A stretch of DNA of 64,000 bases from Acidobacteriota bacterium (GTDB lineage: Bacteria; Acidobacteriota; Aminicenantia; Aminicenantales; Saccharicenantaceae), in assembly GCA_033549365.1 (NCBI GenBank), contig JAWSUF010000002.1:286082-350081 (forward strand), written 5' to 3'. A program made the position numbers and the translations under genes. Below the pieces are notes generated by a model. The model ran no database searches and was not told where the DNA came from. It saw only the letters and a program-made list of their open reading frames with translations. Shown piece by piece: positions 54,647-62,937 of the stretch (the first letter of the stretch is position 1; every line of letters starts with the position of its first letter).

Positions 54647-56224
54647 TCACCGGCAGGCTTCGGGATCGCAGGGGAATTTCGTCCGAAGCATGAAATCGGC
54701 GAAGCGGTTGGAAATGCCGGCCGTGCGCGCGCCCGTCAGCCGCCTCCACATTCCGATGCCTTTGGCTCCCACTCCGACGATTTTCAGGATGGGCGCCGGC
54801 ACCTCGCTTCCCCAGATCGAGACGTTCAATTCCCAACAGCGCTCGATGACGGCCAGTTGCGTGTCCGTCAGGCCGTCCAGGCTGATCCGCTTCGATCGGC
54901 CCAGGGGCGTCCGGTCCAGGGGGATGAAAAGGATCGGGGTGTAAAAGAGAACGGCGTTCTGCCGGTGGAGCCGCTCGATGAGCCCGGCCGTCCGAAGGGC
55001 GTCGTTTTCGTCCTCACCCGGCCACCCCACGATGATCGTGGCCAGGGGATAGATCCGGTTGGCGTTGAATGCGGCGACACCCTCACAGACGATGTCTGGC
55101 CAGCCGTCCGCGTCCAGGGGAAGGGCTTTTCCCGGCATGTGCCGGCTCATGATCCGCGGGCTTCCGGATTCGATGCCGATTTCAACCGTGGCGTAAGGTT
55201 TGCCTCTCAGGGTCCGCGACGATTTTTCGACGAAGATGGGGGCGAGTTCGGGCAGCAACTTGGGATCGACGAGGACGGGTGCGATCGAGGCGTGAGACAG
55301 GTGGATATGCCGGAGGCCCGGCCGGGCCGCCACGGCCTCGAAAAGGCCGGCGAGAGCTTTCCGGTCCGGCTCGAAGTTGCGTTGCGAACGGTAGAGAAAC
55401 ATGTCGTCGGTGACGATGAAGGCCGCATCGCCGCCGCCCCGGATGTTCGTATCGATCTCGCTCAGGACGGTTTCGAGGGCCACGGAGTGCTTTTTCTGCA
55501 GGTTCGGCGAACAGAAGGCACAGCCTCTTCCGCAACCCCGGGTGATTTCCACGTCGCCGAATATCGCCGGGGCGCGAATCGCGGGAGCTTCGCCGCTGCG
55601 TCCGGACGGCTTGAGGCGGATGACCCGGGGCGCCGCTCCTCTGCGGATGGATTCGAATACGGCCGGAATGTCCGACTCCGACCGTCCCGACACCAGATGA
55701 TCGATGCCCAGTTCCGCCTGTTTTCCGGAATGATCGATTTGCCAGACGGCTTCCCCCCCGACGACGATTTTGAAGGTTTTCCCGCGTTTGAGCCGTCGGG
55801 CTTTCCGGAGCAGTCGTTTGAATTCATAGGCATTGACGGACTCTCCCCCGAATCCCACCAGGGAGTTGTAGGTCGTGCTGACGTAGGCGAGCCCCAGGGG
55901 GTCCATGGTCGAAATGCCGAGAATTTCGGTCCCGTCGCCGACGCAAGATTCCAGATGGTCGGGATGGCAGACGACAACGCCGCCGTCGTCTTCGGCCTCG
56001 GACAAGGCCGCCTCGATTTTTCTCAGGCCGTAAGGCGCGAAGCGGGCGCGGCCGTCGGCATGGGCGACCGGAGCAAAAAACTTTTCCAGGTATAATCCCG
56101 CAGGAATCCGGGGGAACGTGCATTTGAAGGCTTCGAAGGCATCGGCGGGCAATCCGATTTCGGGGCCGAATTGGCTCATTTCGGCGCGCGAGGCCGTCAA
56201 GACGATCGAATAACCGCGGCCCAT
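54647..56224 (-). CDS. B12-binding-domain radical SAM protein (class B rSAM)
   Basis: N-terminal Rossmann-like cobalamin domain (ILGISTMDPLGLAYV) followed by the rSAM motif TRGCGRGCAFCS. The start is uncertain (56224 or 56281). Confidence 0.6.
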   Translation of the reverse strand: MGRGYSIVLTASRAEMSQFGPEIGLPADAFEAFKCTFPRIPAGLYLEKFFAPVAHADGRARFAPYGLRKIEAALSEAEDDGGVVVCHPDHLESCVGDGTEILGISTMDPLGLAYVSTTYNSLVGFGGESVNAYEFKRLLRKARRLKRGKTFKIVVGGEAVWQIDHSGKQAELGIDHLVSGRSESDIPAVFESIRRGAAPRVIRLKPSGRSGEAPAIRAPAIFGDVEITRGCGRGCAFCSPNLQKKHSVALETVLSEIDTNIRGGGDAAFIVTDDMFLYRSQRNFEPDRKALAGLFEAVAARPGLRHIHLSHASIAPVLVDPKLLPELAPIFVEKSSRTLRGKPYATVEIGIESGSPRIMSRHMPGKALPLDADGWPDIVCEGVAAFNANRIYPLATIIVGWPGEDENDALRTAGLIERLHRQNAVLFYTPILFIPLDRTPLGRSKRISLDGLTDTQLAVIERCWELNVSIWGSEVPAPILKIVGVGAKGIGMWRRLTGARTAGISNRFADFMLRTKFPCDPEACR

Positions 56225-56292
56225 GACGACGACTATAGTTTGAGAGAACCCGGGTGTCAATCTCGCCGCGGCCTGCCCCATAAGGAGTTTCT

Positions 56293-57111
56293 ATGGTATA
56301 TTCTTTCCTGAGAGAGATGCGACCGGACATGAAACACAACGGATCTTTGAGGCGCACCATCGGAACCGCGGTCTGCCTCTGCATCCTCTGTTCCGCGGCC
56401 GCCGCCTTCGAGCCGGGGAAACGAGCCGAACACAATCCCAGGGAGATTCTGGAGCGCGTCGACAAGATGATGCACGGCGATTCCTCCTCCGGCATCCTGG
56501 TCATGACGGTTCAGGCCGAGCATTGGACTCGGACGCTCGAGGTGCAATTTTCGACGAAAGGCGATGACCGGTTCCTGGTGCGGATTCTCTCTCCCAAAAA
56601 GGAGAAGGGCACGGCAACCCTGAGATCCGGGTCGGACATCTGGAACTACCTTCCCAAAACCAACCGCGTCATCAAGGTGCCGTCCGTATCGCTGGCCTCC
56701 TCCTGGATGGGAAGCCACTTCACGTACGACGACATGTTGAAGGACAGGCGGCTGGCCGATGATTTCCTGTCGGCCGTCACGAATGAAGAAGCTACGGAAT
56801 CCGGACTTCTGGTGGAGATCACCGGCACTCCGAAACCGGATGCGCCCGTCGTTTGGGGCTCGATCCGGGTCGTGGTGAACACGGATCTGGACCTGCCGCG
56901 CTGGATTCGATACTACGACGAAAACGGCGGGTTGGTGCGGACGCTGGAATTTTCCGACATCGGACCTCTGGGCGGCCGGCGGCTTCCCCGGCGCCAACGT
57001 ATGACTCCCGCGGAGAAACCCGGGGAGTTCACGGACGTCGTCTATCGCGATCTTGTCTTCAATCCCGACCTGGACGACGCATTCTTCTCGCTGCGCGCGC
57101 TGCAAAGATAA
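56293..57111 (+). CDS. LolA-like outer-membrane lipoprotein carrier/sorting protein
   Basis: Signal peptide, then about 230 aa of beta-rich sequence. It sits directly upstream of two FtsX-type permeases and an ABC ATPase (a LolCDE-like arrangement). Confidence 0.5.
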   Translation: MVYSFLREMRPDMKHNGSLRRTIGTAVCLCILCSAAAAFEPGKRAEHNPREILERVDKMMHGDSSSGILVMTVQAEHWTRTLEVQFSTKGDDRFLVRILSPKKEKGTATLRSGSDIWNYLPKTNRVIKVPSVSLASSWMGSHFTYDDMLKDRRLADDFLSAVTNEEATESGLLVEITGTPKPDAPVVWGSIRVVVNTDLDLPRWIRYYDENGGLVRTLEFSDIGPLGGRRLPRRQRMTPAEKPGEFTDVVYRDLVFNPDLDDAFFSLRALQR

Positions 57112-57123
57112 CGGGAATCATCG

Positions 57124-58344
57124 GTGTCTATTCTTGCCTATGCCTGGCGCAACCTGGGGCGAAACAGGAAGCGCACCATGATCACGCTCACGTCTCTGGC
57201 CTTCGCCACGGCGGTTCTCATCGTCAGTTTCGCTCTTCTGGACGGGCTCATCGGCGATATCGAAAACAACATCACTTCGATATCCGCAGGCGAGGTTCAG
57301 ATCCATGCTCCGGGCTATTTCGATGAGCGATCTCTCTACCGGACGCTCGATGATCCGGCGGGAATCCTCCGGATCGTCGAGCAATCGGCCGCCAAAGCGG
57401 CCCCGCGAAGCTACGGCGACGGCCTTCTGGCCCGCGACGTCCGGTCCTCCGGCTGCCGGTTTTGGGGCGTCGATCCGGCCGCTGAGAGAAAGGCATTCTC
57501 ATTGCCGGAAAGGATCCTGGCCGGCGCGTTCCTGTCCGATCAGCCGGAAAGAGAGATCGTTCTGGGAGAAAACCTGGCCCACTCCCTGAGGGCCGGCGTC
57601 GGCGATGAGCTGGATGCGGTCGTGCAGGCGGCGGACGGTTCGCTAGGAAACGAGGTCTTCATCCTTCGCGGGATTCTTCAAACCTCCGGCGCTGAAATCG
57701 ATCTGTCGGCCGCGATCATTCATGAGCGGGACTTCGCCGATCTTTTCGTCTCCGGCGGTGCCGTTCACGAAATTGCGGTCAATTCCGGCGGGCGCATTTC
57801 AGCGGATCGATTGAGAAATCGGATTCGCGCCGCCGCCCCCGGTGTCGATGTGAAGACCTGGCGGGAAATCCTCCCCCTGTTTGCGGGAACGGTGCAGAAC
57901 GCCCGGAAAGCCGTCTGGGTCTTCAGCATCTGCTTTTTTCTTGTTGCGGGTCTGGGCATCACGAACACGATGCTCATGGCGACTTACGAACGCACCCGGG
58001 AGTTCGGGATCATGAAAGCTCTGGGGACGGCGCCGCGGCGGATCATCGGCATGATTCTTGCTGAATCCGCGCTTCTCTGCCTGTGCGCCACGATCGCCGG
58101 TGCGGCGTTGGGGGCGGCCGCCTCACTCTATCTTGCGGATACAGGACTGGATCTCGGGGGATTTCCCATAAAAATGAAAATGACGACCTTCATCCACAGC
58201 GCGGTCTGGCGGGCCGCTCTCGGCTGGAAAAACATCATGTTGCCGGTTCTGTGCATCTGGGCGGTCTGCATTCCGGCCGCACTTTACCCGGCTTTGACCG
58301 CGGCGCGCCTGGATCCCGTTCGGACTCTGCATGGCCGGTATTGA
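57124..58344 (+). CDS. FtsX-like ABC permease (MacB/LolC-type) with a large periplasmic domain
   Basis: GTG start. N-terminal TM, a periplasmic domain of about 200 aa, three C-terminal TM helices and the FtsX motif region ATYERTREFGIMKALG. Confidence 0.75.
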   Translation: MSILAYAWRNLGRNRKRTMITLTSLAFATAVLIVSFALLDGLIGDIENNITSISAGEVQIHAPGYFDERSLYRTLDDPAGILRIVEQSAAKAAPRSYGDGLLARDVRSSGCRFWGVDPAAERKAFSLPERILAGAFLSDQPEREIVLGENLAHSLRAGVGDELDAVVQAADGSLGNEVFILRGILQTSGAEIDLSAAIIHERDFADLFVSGGAVHEIAVNSGGRISADRLRNRIRAAAPGVDVKTWREILPLFAGTVQNARKAVWVFSICFFLVAGLGITNTMLMATYERTREFGIMKALGTAPRRIIGMILAESALLCLCATIAGAALGAAASLYLADTGLDLGGFPIKMKMTTFIHSAVWRAALGWKNIMLPVLCIWAVCIPAALYPALTAARLDPVRTLHGRY

Positions 58345-58365
58345 TCCGGGGCGAAGGAGTATCCG

Positions 58366-59604
58366 ATGATCGGCGGAATGGCCTGGAGAAGTCTCCGGCG
58401 GAACACGAAGAGAACGGCGATCACCGTCGCCGCCGTCGCGCTGGGTCTTCAATTCGCCATCGTCTATGCGACCTTCGAGCAGGGGCTGAACTATCGGCTG
58501 GAAAACGAATTGGTCGGCTTCCTGGCCGGCCATATCACCCTGGAACATCCCGACTACCGGATGGACCCGGATGTCGCCTTTTATCTCGAGGATGCCGAGC
58601 GACTCGGGCGTTCCCTTGAAACCGCGCCGGGAGTCGATGCCGTCAAGCCTCTCGTCATTGCGAGAGGTCTTGTGAAATCCTCCCAGGGCAGCGGCTATGT
58701 CGAGATTCGAGGGGTCGATCCCTCCGTCGAAAGCCGCACGTCGCCTCTGGTTCCCCTTATCGTTTCCGGCCGATATCTCCGGGACCGGAAGGCTCCCGAT
58801 ATCGTCCTGGGCGAAAGCCTGGCCCGGCGGCTGCGGGTTGCCGAAGGAAACCGGGTCGTTCTGGCGACGTCCGGCGCCGACGGTGTTTTGATCGAGGCGC
58901 TCTGCCGGGTCTCGGGCGTTTTTCAAACCGGAATCAGCGAGTTCGATTCGTTTCTGGTCCAGGTGCCTCTTGAGTTTCTGCGGGATGTCCTGCAGCTCCC
59001 CCCGGAAAGTGCGACTCAGATCGGAGTCCTGGCTTCAAGTCCCGCAAGTCAGAAACGTCTGATGAAACGGATTTCCTCCTGGGTCGACGAAACATCCGTT
59101 GCGGTTTACCCCTGGCAGAGCCTGCTTCCCCAATTGGATGCCCTGACCCGTCTGATCAAGGCGTCGGTCTGGATCCTGGAGGGTGTTCTTCTGATCCTGG
59201 TCCTTTTTATGGTCTGGAATACGCTTCTCATGTCCATTCTCGAACGCCGGAAAGAATTCGCCGTGCAACGGGCCCTGGGAACACCGACCGGGTTCGTGAA
59301 AAGGCAGCTTTTTCTTGAAACAGCATGGATCGCCGCCGCCGGCACTTTTTTGGGTTTACTTTGGGGCGGCGGGTTGTCCCTGATCCTTCAGTTCCGGGGC
59401 GTTGATTTCGAGAGATTCCTCGGAGAGCAGAAACCGGTGATGGGGATGGGATTGCCGACCGTGCTTTACACGCGGGTGACGGCGCCGGCGCTGATCATTC
59501 CGGCCGCGGCGATCCTGGCCGGGGTTCTGGGCCTCGGGCTGCTGGTCATGCGGCGGGCGACGCAGGCGCCCCCGGCCGAGTCCCTGCGGGAGGGAAAACC
59601 ATGA
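58366..59604 (+). CDS. FtsX-like ABC permease (second, LolE-like)
   Basis: Same architecture as the first permease, including SILERRKEFAVQRALG. Confidence 0.75.
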   Translation: MIGGMAWRSLRRNTKRTAITVAAVALGLQFAIVYATFEQGLNYRLENELVGFLAGHITLEHPDYRMDPDVAFYLEDAERLGRSLETAPGVDAVKPLVIARGLVKSSQGSGYVEIRGVDPSVESRTSPLVPLIVSGRYLRDRKAPDIVLGESLARRLRVAEGNRVVLATSGADGVLIEALCRVSGVFQTGISEFDSFLVQVPLEFLRDVLQLPPESATQIGVLASSPASQKRLMKRISSWVDETSVAVYPWQSLLPQLDALTRLIKASVWILEGVLLILVLFMVWNTLLMSILERRKEFAVQRALGTPTGFVKRQLFLETAWIAAAGTFLGLLWGGGLSLILQFRGVDFERFLGEQKPVMGMGLPTVLYTRVTAPALIIPAAAILAGVLGLGLLVMRRATQAPPAESLREGKP

Positions 59605-60314
59605 CGGACATCATACGCGTTCGGGGGTTGACCAAGCATTATGTCAAAGACAGCCTTGTCGTTCCCGCGCTTCAAGGCGTCGACCTGGCTCTGAAGGAGG
59701 GCGATTTCGCGGCCGTGGCCGGCCCGTCCGGGTCGGGAAAAACAACCTTGCTCAATCTCATCGGGGGGTTGGATCGGCCCACCGCAGGCTCTGTCGAGGT
59801 GGAAGGCCGATTGTTGAACGAACTTTCGGAGGCCGAACGGACGCGTTTGCGGTGTGACCGCATCGGTTTTGTTTTTCAGACGCACAATCTTTTTCCCGTT
59901 TTGACGGCGCTCGAAAACGCCGAATATGTGCTCATGCTCCAAGGGCGGCCCAAGGATGAGCGCCGGGATATCGTCCGGGCGCTTCTGAAGGATGTGGGAC
60001 TCGAAGGCCTTGAGAATCGCTTTCCCAGGGAGCTTTCAGGCGGACAACAGCAGAGAGTGGCCATCGCCCGGGCCGTCGCGGCCCGGCCGGCCATTGTTCT
60101 GGCCGATGAGCCGACGGCGAATGTGGACGCCCGGACCGCGGCCGGCATTCTGGACCTGATGAAACGATTGAATGAGGAAAAACGGGTGACCATGCTGTTC
60201 TCCTCGCATGATCCCGAGGTGCTGAAAAGATCGGAAAAAATCTTTTATATCAGGGACGGCCGAATCAGCGGTCTTTCGCCGCAGGAGATGATAACGGGTT
60301 CTGATGAGCGATAA
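59601..60314 (+). CDS. ABC transporter ATP-binding protein (LolD/MacB-ATPase-like)
   Basis: Walker A GPSGSGKTT, signature LSGGQQQRV, Walker B VLADEPT. Confidence 0.85.
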   Translation: MTDIIRVRGLTKHYVKDSLVVPALQGVDLALKEGDFAAVAGPSGSGKTTLLNLIGGLDRPTAGSVEVEGRLLNELSEAERTRLRCDRIGFVFQTHNLFPVLTALENAEYVLMLQGRPKDERRDIVRALLKDVGLEGLENRFPRELSGGQQQRVAIARAVAARPAIVLADEPTANVDARTAAGILDLMKRLNEEKRVTMLFSSHDPEVLKRSEKIFYIRDGRISGLSPQEMITGSDER

Positions 60315-61593
60315 GCGCCGAATTTTCACCTGCGGATTTCTGTCCGTCGTTTTTTGCGCGGCGCCGGTCGCGCCGGCCCTCTCGTCGCCCAAACTTTTCT
60401 CTGTCGGAGGGAATGTCCGGTTTCTGGCCACGCACAGTTCCTATACCGAACTCAAGCCGCTGTTTCCGGACTCTCAGACATTTCTCAGATCTTCATTCCG
60501 CTTGACGATTGCGGGGCGACCGTCGCCGTCCGTCGGATACGATATCCATGTCGTTCCTTACGCCGATTATGACTCCGAGCCGGAATCCGGCCTTTTCAAA
60601 CCCCGGATCGGAAATCCCCGCTATCATGTGGGTCCTCCGCTGCGGACGTGGAGCCGCGGATCGTGGGGGGCGGGGCTTCGTCTTGACCGGTTCAATATCC
60701 GCATTGCCCTTCCCGGGGCCGATCTCACGGTGGGACGCCAGGCCATCACATTCGGCCATGCCTTTTTCTGGAATCCCCTGGACGTCTTCGCGCCGTTCCG
60801 ATTGTTGGATTTTGACCGGGAGTACAAGGAAGGCGTGGATGCCGTCCGGCTGGATGTTCCCACAGGCCGGTTTTCCGGGCTGAATCTCATTGCTGCGTTG
60901 GGACGGGAGATCGTCTTCAGCCCGGATTTCAGGGAAATATCCGCCCGGGGCGGCGTGTCCCGATACGGATCGGCTCTTCTGGCCCGATATTCCACGATTT
61001 GTCAGGGCTGGGAGATGTCCTTCCAAGCGGGAAAAGTCTATGGGGGCTTTCAACTCGGCGCCGGCGCCGCCGGAGAAGCGGGGTCGTTCGACATGCGCAT
61101 GGAAGCGGCCTATTTTATCGCGGATAAAACGCGCCGCCGGCCTCTTCCCGATCCGCTCGCCAACGACCTTCTGGAAGATCATGTGACGGCTGTTTTGGGC
61201 TTGAGCTGGCGGTTTCCCTATGAGCTGGATCTCGCCGTGGAGTATTTTTATAACGGTGCCGCCCGGGCCAAATACATCGAAAGCGCGCTCCTCCGCGTGG
61301 TCCACGGATCGAATCTTCAGATGAGCACCCAGCTTCTCGGAGCCGTTTTCCGTTATCCCGTGCTACCGATTGCCTCGGCCCGGCTGGCCTGGATTCTTTC
61401 GATTCCCGATCATTCGTTTCTCGTGCACCCCCACGTGGCCCTGTCCTTGACCGACGAAATGGATCTCTATCTGGGAGGCACATGGGGCTTCGGCGACGGA
61501 CCGTTCCTTTACCAGCAACAATACCCGCTGTTGCGTTCGGAATTCGGCACATATCCCCATGCGCTCTATCTTCTTTTAAAAGTTTATTTCTGA
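60304..61593 (+). CDS. Hypothetical outer-membrane beta-barrel protein
   Basis: Signal peptide. Alternating amphipathic strands. The C-terminal LLLKVYF ends in an aromatic residue, like an OMP beta-signal. Confidence 0.45.
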   Translation: MSDKRRIFTCGFLSVVFCAAPVAPALSSPKLFSVGGNVRFLATHSSYTELKPLFPDSQTFLRSSFRLTIAGRPSPSVGYDIHVVPYADYDSEPESGLFKPRIGNPRYHVGPPLRTWSRGSWGAGLRLDRFNIRIALPGADLTVGRQAITFGHAFFWNPLDVFAPFRLLDFDREYKEGVDAVRLDVPTGRFSGLNLIAALGREIVFSPDFREISARGGVSRYGSALLARYSTICQGWEMSFQAGKVYGGFQLGAGAAGEAGSFDMRMEAAYFIADKTRRRPLPDPLANDLLEDHVTAVLGLSWRFPYELDLAVEYFYNGAARAKYIESALLRVVHGSNLQMSTQLLGAVFRYPVLPIASARLAWILSIPDHSFLVHPHVALSLTDEMDLYLGGTWGFGDGPFLYQQQYPLLRSEFGTYPHALYLLLKVYF

Positions 61594-61642
61594 TTTTATA
61601 ATGTCCGGGTCCGGAAAGCCCGACGGTCGAGGAGGTCCGAAA

Positions 61643-62722
61643 ATGAATTTGTCCAAAATCTCTTGTTTTGCCCCGGCGGCGATTCTGATTCTTTTATCGG
61701 CGGTGGTCGGCTGCCGCGGGCCGCAGTACGACGAGGGGCTCTATGCCGAAATCCAAACGAACAAGGGCCGGATCGTCCTGGCCCTTGAATTCGAGAAAAC
61801 GCCGATGACCGCGGCCAACTTCGTCGGGCTGGCCGAGGGGACCATCAAGAACGCCGCGTTTTCCGAGGGCCGGCCTTATTTCGACGGAACCGTGTTCCAT
61901 CGCGTCGTTCCCGGCCATGTCATCCAGTGCGGCATTCCGGCCGGCGGCGCGGCTCAGGACCCCGGCTACCGGATACCGAACGAGATCCGTGACGGCCTCG
62001 ACCACGGCCGGGCGGGCATGGTCAATATGGCCAACGCCGGTCCGCACACGAACGGTAGCCAGTGGTGCATCACCCTGGGCGACCGGTCCTACCTCGACGG
62101 CGACTATACGGTTTTCGGCCGTGTCATCGATGGGATGGACGTTGTTTTTGAAATCGTCCAGGGCGATGTCGTCGAAAAAGTCCGGATCGTCCGGGTTGGA
62201 GCGGCCGCCAAGGCCTTCCGGCCGGCGACGGACTCCTTCCGGACTCTGGTCGAACAGGCTTGGGACCGCGTCCGAAACGAAGAGGCGGAGAAAGAGGCCG
62301 AAGAAGAGGCCCTTGTCGCCGCAAACTGGCCGGATGCCGTGTTGCTGGAAAACGGACTGAGAACTAAAATCCTGAGCAGGGGCCGGGGCGCTTTGCCGAA
62401 GCCGGGCGATCGGATATCGGTCGCCTATTCCGGGCGGACGCTTTCCGGCGCCCGCGTCTTTGTCGGCACGGGCGACGACGGCAAGCCGTACTGGGGAGAG
62501 ACGCCCGAGGCGTTTTCTTATGAGGTCGGCTCGAATGCCGTCAACCCCGGATTCGATGCCGCCGTTTCCATGATGGCGCCGGGTGAAAAGCGCCTTGTCA
62601 TTGTGCCGGCCGAGAAAGCCTACGGTGTCCGCGGCCACTACGCTCCCGAAAGACCGGGCGAAAAACGCTTTGTCATCCGGCCGAACACGATTTTGGTTTA
62701 CGAAATCGAACGGTTGATATAA
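61643..62722 (+). CDS. Peptidyl-prolyl cis-trans isomerase lipoprotein: cyclophilin domain fused to a C-terminal FKBP domain
   Basis: Lipobox LLSAVVGC. Cyclophilin motifs FHRVVPGHVIQ...NGSQWCITL. FKBP-type C-terminus LRTKILSRGRG...GEKRLVIVPAEKAYG. Confidence 0.75.
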   Translation: MNLSKISCFAPAAILILLSAVVGCRGPQYDEGLYAEIQTNKGRIVLALEFEKTPMTAANFVGLAEGTIKNAAFSEGRPYFDGTVFHRVVPGHVIQCGIPAGGAAQDPGYRIPNEIRDGLDHGRAGMVNMANAGPHTNGSQWCITLGDRSYLDGDYTVFGRVIDGMDVVFEIVQGDVVEKVRIVRVGAAAKAFRPATDSFRTLVEQAWDRVRNEEAEKEAEEEALVAANWPDAVLLENGLRTKILSRGRGALPKPGDRISVAYSGRTLSGARVFVGTGDDGKPYWGETPEAFSYEVGSNAVNPGFDAAVSMMAPGEKRLVIVPAEKAYGVRGHYAPERPGEKRFVIRPNTILVYEIERLI

Positions 62723-62937
62723 AATATATCAGCCTTGGTTAAATTCGAACCTCGAAGCCTCCGAAATCGCCGCGCGAATCTTGTAAAACCCTCCCCTTTC
62801 CGGGCAGGGATTGAACTCTATGCCATAAATCCCGGTCAATATGCCCGCGTCCGGGTGCAGGGAGCGGGTCATATTGACTGAGAAGCCCTGTGCCCTAAAT
62901 CCATAGATTTTAGGAGGCCTATTGAGAATATTGAAAC

